The notes beneath the pieces were generated by a model. That model was not told the DNA's origin, did not search any database, and worked only from the letters and a program-made list of their open reading frames with translations. A DNA stretch of 64,000 nt from Nageia nagi (Eukaryota; Plantae; Pinophyta), in assembly GCA_050084985.1 (NCBI GenBank), contig JBITNC010000002.1, positions 39,618,001-39,682,000 of the forward strand, written 5' to 3'. Every line of letters starts with the position of its first letter. Position 1 is the first letter of the stretch. Positions 1-13,600 of this stretch are shown here, one piece after another. The translations under genes were made by a program, and so were the position numbers.

Positions 1-59
1 AGCCCTTACAAAATGACTAGGGTTTAATCTTGGAAAATTCGAAAAATAAGCAAAATTAT

Positions 60-900
60 GACTAGGCAAGTTAGGCGCACATTTTCAAGGTTTTCTACAT
101 TTTCTCAAGCTTGGAAAAACTTGGAAAACCAGCGCCTGCAAAAAGGGAGGCCTAAATTTGCTCAAAATTGAAAATTTCAAGCATGGGATTGTGCACAATT
201 GGATTCTACATCAAATTGGTCTTTCAAGCATTCCAATTGGGCAAGTATTTCACCTCCCAATCAAGAAAATACCTCCCTACAGAGAAAAAATAGAAAAGAG
301 GAATTAAGGACAGCCAATGAAAATCCACCAAAATTTCTCAAAATTTAGATTTGCAATTTGAAGACATTAGTGTGAGGAGAAGACAAATCTAAGCACATGG
401 ACCTTGAAAAAATTGAAAAAAAAGGTAAAATTGTGCTCATGGGAGGTAGGCGCATGTTTTCTAAGTTTACTAACTTTTATCAAGCAATAGAAAAACTTGA
501 AAACCTGCACCTAGGATTTGGAGGATCTAATTTGACTCAAATTCAAAATTTTCAAGCATAAGAGCATGAATTATTCAATTCCATACAAGATTGGTCTTTG
601 GAATTTTGGGAAAGGATGAATTTTGCTCCTTCAAAATCATGAAAACTTGGAGAGCCAATAGGAATGCTCCAAAAACTTTCTCAAATTTCCAAATTTGCAA
701 ATCCAAAATCCAAGACATGGGTGTTGAGAGAATCACAAAGTTGAGCGATTTGGCTCTTGGAATCATTGAAAGAACATCAAAAATGCCCCACTAAATGGTA
801 GGCGCAGGTTTATTGTGTTTTCTAGACATTGCCAAGCATTCCAATACTTTGAAAACCTGCGCCTAGCATTTTAGGGGCCCAAAATTTATCAAAAGTGAAA
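60..900. repeat. Degenerate tandem array in the 5' part of element A (period about 350-375 bp)
   Basis: taggcgca at ~72, ~447 and ~799, each followed about 55 bp later by the inverted gc(g/a)cct; rich in A/T tracts. Confidence 0.55.
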
Positions 901-3900
901 TTTTTTCAGTCTTATGGGGTAGATGGTGCAATTCTACACCATTTTGGTCTTGAAATGTGCAATTTGGATGAGACCAACTCCCTCAAATCATGGAGTTGTC
1001 CTCCAAAATGAGGAAAAATAGAAAACTCCAAATGAGCAAACCCTTTCTTTTTTTCCCAAAATTGAGTTTTTTTAGATGCAAAATCTAAAACATGGGTATT
1101 GAGGGGCAAAATGCACCAAATCTCTTCCTCCCATGGCTAGACACTGATTTTCCATTTTTTCTATGCCTTGGCCAAGTTCTCAATGTTGGAAATGAAGAAT
1201 AAACCCTAAAGGAGCAAAAGGGGAGCAAGGAGGATCAATATGGTGGTGACATGTGGCATAATTTGCCCTAAAAGTCTATAGATACACCATCATCCCCCCA
1301 TTCTCCTCACACAATTCATTTTCATCCACCAAAAGCAAATTTTTGAAGAATTTGAGAGCCAAAACAAGGAAGGAAAGGCAACATCCAGCTTTGAAGGATT
1401 AAAGCTCAAAACCATACCCAAACACCCTAGCACCACCAAACCTCAAGATCCAAAGGTATTTCATCACCTTTACTTATGTTCGTCAAGAATTTTTGAAGAT
1501 TTATCCTCCAAAACCTCATTTTTGGAGATCCCAAACACTTGAAAATTTAGTTTTTTTAGAATTCAAAATTGCATAGAGATTTGGACACCCTTTTCCCTTG
1601 GGATCATCTTTAGTTTCCACCAAAATTATGAAAAAAACAGAAAAAAAATATTCAAGATCCAAGATTTAAGGCCCAAAATACAAAAAAAATCAAAAAAATT
1701 ATAAAAAATCCAGGAAAAATTCAAAAACTCTCTAAAATTAGTTTTTCAAGTCACAATTGACCGTTTCAAATGTTGAAACACCTTCCCCACTCATTTCCCA
1801 TCTACCCAAGGTGTTAAAAACCCATTCCAGCATCATTTAGTGACATTGCCAAATATACCCTCTCTTTTCTTTGCATTTTTATGACAGGTCAGTCTTTTTT
1901 CCACCAGCCTTCATTTTTCCTCTAAAATTATGAAAAATCCTCCGAAAATCCCAAATTTTACGAAATTTGTTTCCAAGGCACGATTCCCTCTGAGTTGATT
2001 ACCTTGGCATTGCTCCAGCTTTACTCAAAAAGCCTTAAAACTTCACAAATTTGGCTTGCTTTCGATGATGGTATACTTGAGATAACATCCAAAAAAATCC
2101 AAAATTTTATTTTTTTCCTAGCAAGTGCCCAAAACTTGTTGAGCGCCTCCTAGCGTTGTCTTGTTCATATAACAGGAACGAAATGACATCTATTTAAAGA
2201 AATATCAAGGAGAGAAAGCAAGCGAGGCTTATTTTGGAAAGCCCCATCAATTTCGCATATATGACAGAAACTCTCCAAGCAAGTTCATAGACCACTTCAG
2301 CAAAATTGGGGATACTGAGTGTTCCAATACAGATGTAGTAAAGACATTGTACTGTATTCAGAAAATTGATCCTGTTATGCTAATAAAAGACACATTGAAA
2401 GTATCTTTATTAGTCGAGGCATCTATGGTGCCATTTGCTTCACCCTTCCCAAGGCTCTGCTACGAGGTGGGAAAGCATTGTGACTACAGGAACCGAAAAC
2501 TCCTTGATATGGATGGCAATGAGATGATCAATTTTTCGAACTTAGAAATTGAGAAAGTCTTCGCTTTGTCAAGCAAAGACACATCATACATTATGAAAGA
2601 TTCATATAATTTCTAAAAACATCTAAGACCTCCAAGAGATCTAGTCAAAGATTGGTTGGCCGACAACCGCAAACACTTCACAAGAAAAACTTTGGCAGTG
2701 CCCAAGAAAGGGGAGTTTTACCCAACGTTCTCCAAGGTTATTGCAATGATATCCAGAGTGACCAGATTGAAGGATGATACTAGATTCAAACCAAAATTTG
2801 CAAGGTTCATAGGCATGATCAATGCAAGCAAAGGTATAAGATGGAGCAATGTGATTAGCGACTACATGACTACGCAGTTAAGAAATATCGAGGTAGATAA
2901 GAAGTTCTACATCAACTCCTACCTAGTATACTTACTCCTTCATGGCAAGGAGAGAAAAACCTCTATTGCTAATACCAAATATTTATATAACCCATTGCAT
3001 CCTATGTGGGAGAGATACCCATGATTATGGATACAAAGTAGATGGAATTATGACAACTAGATAATGATGCACACGGGTTTGAATGTCGTATTTATGATGA
3101 AACCATCGGCGGGGAAAATATGCATAGGATATCCAATCAAGTTGTCGTCGCCTTAAGAGGACATGCGGACTTCTACATGGAAGAATTAGAATTCACATAC
3201 ATCAGATTCTATGGTTCTAAAGAAGCCTCGCTATACTCTATTACATAAGTGACCGCCTCATCTTCATGGAATTTTCTAAGCACTTAACATACACGATAAG
3301 GTATGGGTGAAAAATCTTTCCTCACTTACGAACTATCTATTATAGTGGGAGGCTTTGAATGCACTACTTGACATCAAATCTTGTTGATCAAACGTGACCT
3401 AATGCTTCATCACTTTGAAATTGAGCTAGCTACAGATCAGTATGATCCAGATGAAGTGATCGATGCCTTTTTCAGGAAAACATGGAATACAACATTCCCT
3501 CATACGTCCCTCAGCAACCTAGAAAAATACAGAAATATCCGGAATTCTAAGCAGATTCAGAGGATACACAGAATTAGTTGAAAAAAAGAATACAACAGGA
3601 AGCTGAAAAGGAAGCCAAATAGAAACCTCCAGTTCCAATAACAGAGTCCCCAAGGCCTGAGTATGCAATTCCTATCATATCACCTACCATAGCCTTGGCA
3701 CAGGGACAAAATGGGCAATACGCTACCATAAGCGTCCCCAACCAAACCATCGAGACTTTTGTTCAGGGTGCATCAAATGGAATTGAGCATCTCAGAGAGG
3801 CTGGATTAATCTCTCGCCCGCTCGATCACCTTCATAAGAAGTTAACTCATCCAAACAAGTTCAACCGAAGAAGTATACCTCGTCGTCCAAGCCCTGTGAC

Positions 3901-5193
3901 ACCACCATCCAGTTCGAGTTCCAATGAGTATCGTCTAGACTATAGCTCAACTAAGTTTGATGAGAAGATGAATTTCGGCACGGCTATAAACATCACCATG
4001 GATATTGACCAAGTAAACATCTCTAACAAAGTTCTAAATTGATGACTCTATAGAGATTCATATTGGAGATGATCCCAAGGTCAACATAGTTGTACAAGAA
4101 GTTGCAGCACCAACAACTTCTAAATCCACTCCATAAAAGACATCCAAGACACCTCCACCTTCAAAGAAAGTTCCAACATCTCGACCAAGTTCATCAAGAT
4201 CGATAAAAATGGCATCCTCATCAGGAGGAGACAATGGAAACGAAGAAGGAGAAAAAGAAAATGAAGACCAACGAAAGAAAAGAAAATAGATAGAGCATGA
4301 CACTAGTGATGAGGATATAGTGATGGTAACTTATGAGAATCCTCATGAAGAACCACATTTTGATATGGTCACTATGTTGGCGAATATGAGTCAGATCATC
4401 CTTGTGAAGGAGAAGATTCCAAAGTTGTAAACATGGAACTTCAACATATTGATACCCTTATCACCACTGTAGAAAAGGTCACCTACAAAGACAAGCTCTA
4501 TTCTAGAAAAAGCAAAGATGGAACTAGAAAGTTTGCTCTCATCGTAGAAGTGGAAGAGACCCCTGCAAAGATAATAGGCCCATTGGGAATAGAGCACAAT
4601 CTTTTCACAAATGCATAGGCACTAAGAGAAGTTGGTATCCAAAACAACATTCAGATCCACGAACTAAAATAAAAAGTGGCAAGTCAAGAAAGAATTGCCA
4701 AGGAAGTTGAAGCTGCTAACCTAACCATTGAAGATATTAGGAAGCAGGTCAACTTGAACATTGAGATAACTGCCATCAAATAGGAATGGACCAAGAATAT
4801 AATTGATGCCCTCAAAAGACTCTTCCTAAACGTAACAAATTTTACGTTGAAGAAGATGGTTCATTCACTCAGACAAATAAACTTGACAATCTAATCAATA
4901 GATGGAAAGAAGCATACCCCACAATGCACGACCTATGGAGAAGGGCTCCTTGTCATCCAATCATCCTCGATTTCTGTTATGATTGGTTCCATTTATATGA
5001 TTATCTATACTATGTCAAGGTTAAAACTACAAACTTCATCAACACAAGAACTTGACTCAAGGGCATCATCGACAAACAAATAAAATAATATGAATTTTAG
5101 ATACCCTTGCTTTAAGAGAATGGCAGAGTGAAAGAACACCTCCCGATAATGAATGAAATACAAGCCACCATTCAGGATTTGTTATGTACAAAG

Positions 5194-6614
5194 TGTTGAT
5201 TAGGATTGTGTAATATATGCGCCACGAACAATCTTAACCAGAGTAAATCAAGAACAGACTATGTGACAGTCTGATCTCCGGAGAAGGCCGGTTCCTTATA
5301 CATTGGGTATAGGAAAAGTAGCAGGAAAGAAAAATAAAAGAGTAGAGTGCGAGGAATTTAAGTAAAGGTTTAGGGTAACAAGAGAGAAAGCAAAGGAGGA
5401 TCACTAGTTCAGCGCGGGCTTTCACAGTGTGTGAAACCTTGGTCTGAATCTAGTGTAGCAGCTACGGTACAAGCTCTCACTCTCTAATAGTTTCCCAGCT
5501 TTACTCTACCATGTAGCAGACACAGTTATACTAGCAACTCGCGATTACCATTCAGGAAACAAGCCAAGCTGCCACGATGTAACCAAATTAAGAATGACAA
5601 TGACAAGTGCTAGACAAGAAAGGTCAAGATGGTTTCATATTACTGATAAAAAACTACAGGTCTTCGAGAACAAATGTAAAGAGCAATACTAGGGCTTCCG
5701 ACCCCTCTTTCACTTTATTTTCATATACTTATACTGAAGAAATAACAGTTACAAGAAAACGAAAACAGAACGGTTTACAAAACGGCCTCAAGATTCTGGC
5801 CACTTCTAACTATCATCATACATACATGCCATTTGTCCGACAGTTACAAAACTGAGAATGTCGTGGAAGGTAACTACCTCCAGAACTACAATTATCCTTT
5901 CTTTGTGACATCGTTATTTCGGAAACTTTATTCACTGACTCCGGGCCTTTTGATCACCCCTTGCTGACCTCATCATCTCCGGAATCCGGTCTTTCCCACA
6001 ACTGAGGTTTATTCTTTCTGCTATGACGTCATCATCTTATTCCGGAATGCTTTACTTCCGCTGCCTCCGGCTTCTCAATTATCTCTTTGCTGACCTCATC
6101 ATCTCCGGAACCCGGTCTTTCCCCCAACTGAGGTTTATTCTTTCTGTTATGACGTCATCATCTTATTCCGGAACGCTTTACTTCCGCTGCATCCGGCTTT
6201 TCAATTATCTCTTTGCTGACCTCATCATCTCCGGAACCCGGTCTTTTCCACAACTGAGTTTTATTCCTTTTCCTATGACGTCATCATCTTATTCCGGAAC
6301 GCTTTACTTCCGCTACCTCCGGCTTTTCAATTATCTCTTTGCTGACCTCATCATCTCCGGAATCCGGTCTTTTCCACAACTGAGTTTTATTCCTTTTCCT
6401 ATGACGTCATCATCTTATTCCGGAACACTTTACTTCCGCTGCCTCCGGCTTTTTAATTATCTCTCTGCTGACCTCATCATCTCCGGAACCCGGTCTTCAC
6501 CAAAACGTAAGCTTTATTTGTTCCAAAACTTCCGGAGATCTTAAAATGAACTTATAGTTGCAAGCAAAGTACGCTGGGGCTCTAAATAAATAAGTTATTA
6601 TGTATGCATATACA
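5194..6614 (-). repeat. 3' LTR of Tat element (1421 bp)
   Basis: Direct repeat of 16651-17945 with one extra 126-bp unit. Confidence 0.95.
5961..6497. repeat. 126-bp tandem repeat in the U3 side of the LTR (4 full units + partial); unit contains ATGACGTCAT
   Basis: Units start at 5961, 6087, 6213, 6339 and 6465; the other LTR has one unit fewer (17418-17828). Confidence 0.92.
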
Positions 6615-6617
6615 TTA

Positions 6618-6634
6618 TGGCGACTTCTGGGGGA
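6618..6634 (+). promoter_or_regulatory. PBS-like motif (tRNA-Arg(ACG)-like) in antisense orientation at the expected PPT position
   Basis: tggcgacttctggggga lies 3 nt inside the LTR and resembles the Ogre-type PBS TGGCGACTC(T/C)GCTGGGGA with a 2-nt gap. There is no purine tract on the element sense strand here. Confidence 0.6.
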
Positions 6635-6700
6635 AAATTTCGCCTTTATTAAAGAGGAATTTAGAACTCCGTCTGAAACATAATAACAAAATGAAATCTG

Positions 6701-9700
6701 TTATTTCTGAAACTCTAAAAATTGCACAACCTTACCCCAACTTGCATGATTTTCGGAGAAGTCTTTTATTCTCGATTGGGCTAGAGCTGTGTTATTCAAA
6801 ATTTCGTAGGAGATTTGCCCGTATTTGTGCAATATCGGCTGTAGGACCACTCCTTTACTGGCACATTGGTCAAAAAATTCAAACAAAGCTGACGCATCAA
6901 AAGAATTCAGTAACAAATCTATATCCTCCGTCTTTTGACTATCTTCATGAATATATTTCAAAATTTCAGCCTCGGAGATGGGTGAACTATCTTCCTTCCA
7001 CAATCCCGGAAATCTTGCCTCAGATAATTTAGCTATTTCAGCTTTCTGGGTTTCTACCCCCTGCCACTGCTTGATTAAATTATTTTTTATTTCTTGACAC
7101 ACCCATTTCCCGCGGACTGGGTGGTCAATCGCTGAGATCAACTCAACCCTATTTCCCACATTTAGGGCATGAAGCTCCTCGTCGGAAATTTCAACCAGCT
7201 TTTTCTTTGCCCTCTTTGCTATATTCTCCATGGGGTCGATAATACTTTCACAGAGTCTGACACTTGCCTCTAATTTCTTCAACTCTGAAAAACATAGATC
7301 AATGTGATCTCTGAGTTGAATCAGTTGTTTGATCTTTGGAGATAATTGTTCCCGGAATTTTTCTTTTATTCTAATCAAAAAATCTCTGTCCACCTTATTG
7401 ACATTTGAATTCAGCCGCATCTGTGCGATGTCAGCGTTTAAATCGCCAATTATTGTCTCTTTTGCTGCTACTTCAGCTGTTTTGGTTGCAATTTCCGCAT
7501 CCTTCTGTGCTATGACCACATCTTTCTTTGTTAGGCTATCTGCAGTCGGAGCGGTAGCTAAACTTGCTCTGAGAGCAACTATGCTATTGTCTGCAGCTTT
7601 TAATTTTAGCCGTTGAGACTCTAATTGTTGTTTCATTACTTCATTTGCCTTTTGGAGCTTATTATATTTGACCTCTAATTTGGTCAATTCAGAAATGTTT
7701 AAGTCCACAGTAGTTTGCAACAGCTCATTCTTATCACTCCGGGATATGCTCTTGGTGTCTATCCTTACCCGAGTGTTCATTGCAGACAAATCACTTTGCC
7801 CCTCTTGATGGTCTTAGGCGATAGCAACTTCCAAAACTCTGCTTTTGGCATCCACAGACGTCCGGAGCCTCACTGGATTATCAAGTGCCGGGAGTTTTTG
7901 CATTTGCTTCTGCATCCAGGCTTCCTGATTCTGCTTCAATTTTTTGTACTGCTCCATGATCCTGCTCACCGATACCTGCTGACCAGATATTGCAATGAAT
8001 GGGGAGGCCGCGCTTAGTTCTGGTGCGGAAGAGGATAACACCTGTTGAATCGGTGTAACAGGGCTGGCTTGACTAGGGCCAGAGACACTGCTACTGAGTG
8101 TTGCGGGTATAGACGGCTCCGGAGTGGATGATGGAGGTGAAGATGGTACAAAGATGACACCGGTGGGGGGAGTGATGAGGGGAACCGATGAAGAGGAAGT
8201 GGGTTTAGGCCATGTGAATGGTGATGGCAAATTAGGAAGTGGTGGAAGGGTTGGTGATGGTGGGGATGAAGTGACAGCTATGGAAGGTGAGTAAGACGAA
8301 ATGGGGGTGACTGCCGGAGGTGGAATGATTGTCAAGGGACCAGAGGAGACAACATAGATAGGAGGAATAAAAGAAGAAAGCGTACCTGTAGGAGTGGAGC
8401 TCCTCCTTTTTTTCCTTGGTGACTGAGGACCTTTTGCAGCTTTTCTCTTCGCTGTATAGACCTTCCCCGGCCTTTTTCCCACTTCTTGGGAAGTCTCAGG
8501 TGTGGTCTCTCTAGTTTCTCCACTAACCTACTTTCCGGGGACAGGGGCTTGATCTGCTTTTGACGGTTGTTGCTGCTCCTCCCCAAAACTTGCTAACGAA
8601 TCATCTGATGGGACATCCGTAAGATGCTCAATCTACCACATCTCCTCAAATTTGTCGTCCAAATCGGACTCCAAAGGGGCAAGCTTATTTCCGGACTCAA
8701 CCCTGTATCGTACAAATGCTGCGATTTTCTCTTCACTCCACTTCTGTCTCCTCAGGGTAGTCAAGGATGCTTTTGAGATGGAGTCCGTCTTGGGGTCGAA
8801 ATTAACCTTCTTCTCATAAAAGCTCATCCATGGAGGTAGTAAATCTTTTAAAAGTAAGTTTCGGGGCATCACCCGGTCTTCACTTGCTGGATTTCTCCAC
8901 TGCTCGAGCTCCGGTCTTATATCTGCCTTGAAGCCCGGAGGATTAGGCTGGCTTCTCAATTTCTTGCCAAAAATATCCTCCGGGTCATACAACAAAAACT
9001 GGTTCATTTTTTTCAGTCTTAGTCCCAAAAGCTTTTGTTCTAGACCCTCGTTTCCGCCCCTACTCTGCAACACCAAATCGTGGACTCTAAGTGGGAGGCT
9101 ATAAGTGACCCTCTTCTTCGCTGCCGTCCCGTACTTGGCATCTATGTAGTCCATCTGCCTGGCGAACTCCATGCTAAAAACCCAATCTGTGACATGAATA
9201 GGTAGCAAAAATGGAGCCCCCGAAAATCCGTACAACCTTACGAAAGTCCCCTCCTCAGCAAAAAACCAATCCCCCGTCTCACCATGTGGCATCCTGAGGT
9301 ATAGTTGGGAAACTGCCGATAATCATGGGATTGCTGGAGCCATTAAACTCATTGCTGGAAAAAAAAAATGCTCCACAAAATTGTAATAATCAGCTCCCCT
9401 TCTAACTTCTTCAGTCCATCTATCTACAGATTTGAGGGACCCGTCCTCACTTTGCTTATTCAGGTTCATTTGAGAAAAATACTTTGAATTCTGATGAATG
9501 AATAACCAAATAAGGTATGAGACGAAAGCGAAATGGGAACCTTCCTCTATTCTTTGTAGCTGCTCGGAGATCCCATTTGAAATGGCAGCTGACCAGTTAT
9601 AAATAATGGGGGATCTTGGGTGGGATATCAGATACGCTATGGTCAGTTTGCTCATGGAAATGTATCTGTCAGATTGCTCTCCTGCAGCAATCGACAACAT

Positions 9701-10201
9701 GGACAGTAACAACTGAGCATGTGTGTTAAAGTTGGCTAGCAAGAGTTCTGACTGGGGGACTTCTTTGAAGCTCATTGCACCCTCTGCATTCTTGTTCAGC
9801 CACGCTAGAAGGTTCTTTCTTAGATTAACACTCGGCCTTGTATCCCAATTTACTGCCATGGGAGTGGATTGAGGTGGCGGCGGGTTGAAAGCTTTTTCAA
9901 TGGAAAGGGGGTCCAAGCTGAGAACTATTTTACCAAGAGGATTTTTGACAGTCCTCGAGGTAGCATCAAACCCCTTTTTCACTAACTCTACCAACTCAGG
10001 GGCTGGGAGACATCTATGTGGAATGAAATACATTAGCCCCGACCCCATGGGAGCATGTGCAATATGATTAAAACTAAAATTCGGGCACTTACCTTCAGCT
10101 GTGCCCTTAGGATTTTTGTTCTGAGCCGTTATTTTGGTATCTTGCAACAGCTCCATTGAATCAATGACTCCTTTAGCGACCTTGGTTTGAGGGGGGGCCA
10201 T
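6701..10201 (-). pseudogene. 3' accessory ORF of Tat element, ~1,170 codons in one frame with 4 premature stops: globular N-terminal domain, Pro/Ser-rich linker, coiled-coil C-terminus
   Basis: Track ORFs 9323-10207, 8633-9292, 7814-8482 and 6701-7789 share one frame, separated only by TGA (9323), TAG (8633), TAG (~8528) and TAA (7814). Confidence 0.85.
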
Positions 10202-10627
10202 GCTCAATATTCTGAAATCCTCCGCTTACTCTGATTACTGCCGGCAATATTCTGTGCTTCTAGCCTTTCGATCGTTAGCTCTTTCGCGAATCTGAAGTTT
10301 GGGTAAATTTGGAATGAACCGCCTTTGGCCCTTTTAAAATCGGCTTCCAGAGTTAATGCACCGTCTTTTACTCGCACGAAATAACTCCACCATACTTTCA
10401 TTTATAACCGATCTGTCCTTTCGCGATTTTCCTGGCCATCTCGAGATTTGATTCTGCCGATTTTCTCGGAAATTCCCATTCTGTCGGCGCAAACATGTTA
10501 TTCCCATTAATATTTTACTGCTATTAAGTGACTACCAACAATCACACTTGCTTAAAATAAATGCACACGACACGCTATTTACAATATGTACAAAATCATA
10601 TCTTTGTTTTTTTTTTTTTTTTTTGGA

Positions 10628-13600
10628 TCAATCTCCCGCACATGCGGGTTTGTAATGCTTTAAATGCTGCCCATTTACCAAGATCGGCAGCCGCCATCCG
10701 TTCAATTTCGCTATTTCAAAAGAATTTTTTCCCGCGCATCTGGCTATCATGTAAGGTCCGGACCCTAGGGATTCAAACTTTTTATGTTTCCCTGCCTTAG
10801 CTCTGTCCTCATCCCATTTTAACACCAGATCTCCTTCATTAAAAGTTACTGGAGTGGTTTTTCGGCCATCAAACCATTTTTTAACAATTTCATTTCTTCT
10901 CCGGAGGTCTTGATATGATTGATTTCGGAGCTCTTCTAAATGCAACAGTTCGTTCATTCGAACCTCCAGAGGTTCAAAATTCTCGCCATATTCCTACAAA
11001 ATCTTTAAAACCGGAAGCTCAGTATGACTAGGTAACATAGCCCTTTTACCGTACACTAAGGTATATGGACTAGTCTTAGTAGCTAGCTTCACTGTGATCC
11101 TATCTGCCCACAACGCCCAATTGAGCTTTTCATGCCAAGTCCGGGGATTACTTTCCACCGTTCTTTTGAGAATCCGGATCAAGTTCTTGTTCGTAGATTC
11201 AGCCAACCCATTACCCTGAGGGTAATAATTCGAAGATGTCTTCCAGTATATACCAAATTTCATAGCAAAATCAGTAATCTCTGCCCCCACAAATGCTAAG
11301 CCATTATCTGAAACGATCGTTTGGGGAATACCATACCTGGTGATTAATTTTTCCAAAAATTTTATAATGGTTTTCTGATTTGCCTCCTTTACAGCTTCTA
11401 CTTCTGCCCATCTGGTGAAAAAGTCTGTAGCAGTAAGAATGAATTTGTGTCCGGAGGAGGAGTTTGGATTGATGACTCCGATAAAATCAAGTCCCCACTG
11501 TTGGAAGGGTTCCTCTACTTGGATTGGTTCCAACGATAATGCCGCATTTCTCCTCCTTCCCACATACCTCTGACACTTTTCACAATTTTGTGCCTTTGCG
11601 AAAGCATCTTTGAACATAGTAGGCCAGTAGTATCCCGCCTGAATGATTTTACCCACTGTTGTGTATCCAGAGTAATGACCTCCAGACACTCCGGAATGAA
11701 ACTCTTCAATGAGCTTAGCTGACCTTGTCGCCGGTACACATCTTAGCAACACGCCATCATGATTTCTTCTATAAAGTATATGATCTATCTCTGTGTAATT
11801 CTGGGCATGTATCTTGAATCGCCTTCTTTGGGATGCATTCATGTTTCCTGGTAGTTTTCCCGTCTCAAAATATTCGTTTAACTGCTCCATCCAATCCTTT
11901 GTTGTGTCTCCAGATACAGATTCGGAGGTTTTTTGTTCGACAAAGCATACCATCCCCTCCTCCGGTATTGTGGGTTTTGCAAGTTGCTCACAGAGTGCTC
12001 TTCCTTTTATGAGCTTTGTTGGCCGAATTTCCACATCATATTTAAGAATTTTTGAAATCCACCCGGGTCTTCCTTCTCCCAATTCTCCCTGCATAACATA
12101 AGACCTAACATCCGGGTGTATGGTTAGAATTAAAATCCTACTCTGAGCAATGTAATGTTTTAACTTGCTGAGTGCTTTCACTATAGCCAGGACCTGTTTT
12201 TCAATGAAAGTATATTTCTCCTCACAACTGTTCATAGTCTGACTGAAAAATGCGACTGGGTATTCTTCATTCTTCTCGTGCTTCTGGGTTAAGACGGCTG
12301 CAACACTAGTATCTGAGCCATATGCATACAAAATAAATTCTTTACTGAAATCTGGATTTCTCAGTACAGGAGCTTTTGTAATTGCTACCTTAATTTTCTG
12401 AAAAGCTTCTTTACCTTCCTTAGTCCATACAAAAGGAGTATCTTTTTTTAGCATCCGGGTGATAGGTTTGATAATGTTTGAGAAATCCTGAATAAATCTT
12501 CTGACAAAGTTAATCTGACCCAGAAAAGACTGCAGAGACTTCTTATTAGACGGGAGAGACAAGTCATCTATAGCTTTAACTCTATCCGGATCAATAGCCC
12601 ATCCCTCTTTCGAAATGACATGGCCCAATAATTTACCCTCATCAACTGCGAAGATCGACTTCTTAGGATTTAGGGATATACCATACCTCTTACATTTGAT
12701 GAAGGCTTGCTCCAGATGTTGAACATGCATGTTTCTGTCGTGAGAGAAAACAGTAATATCATCAAGGTATACCAACAGACTCTTATTTACCAGTTCTCCA
12801 AATGCATAATCCATAGCTCTCTGAAAAGTAGCCCCTGCATTGGATAGGCCAAACGGCATTCTCTGAAAAGCAAAGGTACCCCATTTCGTTGTAAAAGTTG
12901 TTTTGAACTGATCTTCATTCCGGACCCAAATCTAATTGTACCCGGAGAAACCGTCTATCAAAGAGAACTTTTCAGCTCCGGCTACAGTGTTCAGTATTTG
13001 TTCCATTGGAGGCAAGGGGTAATGATCCTTCAATGATACTTTGTTCAAACCCCGAAAATCAACACACAACCTTATCTTGCCGTTTTTCTTCCGGACAGGC
13101 ACAAGATTGGCTACCCAAGTGGAATGCTTGATGGGGTAAATTATCCCAGCCTTGTACAATTTCAGTACCTTCTGCTTCATGGCAACTTCGATCTTGGGGT
13201 TTACTGATCTTTGTTTTTGTTTGACCGGCTTAGCATCATCTATCAACTCAATTGTATGCTGTATCACTGATTTATCAAAAACCTTCAAATCATCGTAAGA
13301 CCAAGCAATAACATCAACATATGTTCTGCATAACTGTACAATTTCCTGAATCTGTTCCGGGGTATTAGATATACCAATTTTTAACGACTTACCCGGAAGA
13401 ACTTCATGTTCTTTATAGTTATCCGGGTTTATATTCATACCCCTTCTTTTTACCTGGTCACTTCTGTCAAATAATCCTTCGAATGGAATCAAATCTTTAA
13501 GGAGTTTATTGTTATTCAGCTGAATTATGTCTTGTTCCCGAAAAACTTCGGAGTCCTCTTCTCCTACTGCATGACATACCGCTTGTTGTAATAAGAACTG

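Noticed and set aside
5961-6497. CRISPR-like regular repeats
   Set aside because: Whole units are repeated with no unique spacers; eukaryotic LTR context and no cas genes.
6023-6544. 173-aa repetitive ORF (and its copy at 17480-17875)
   Set aside because: A by-product of the 126-bp (42-codon) LTR repeat, antisense to the element, with no protein motif.
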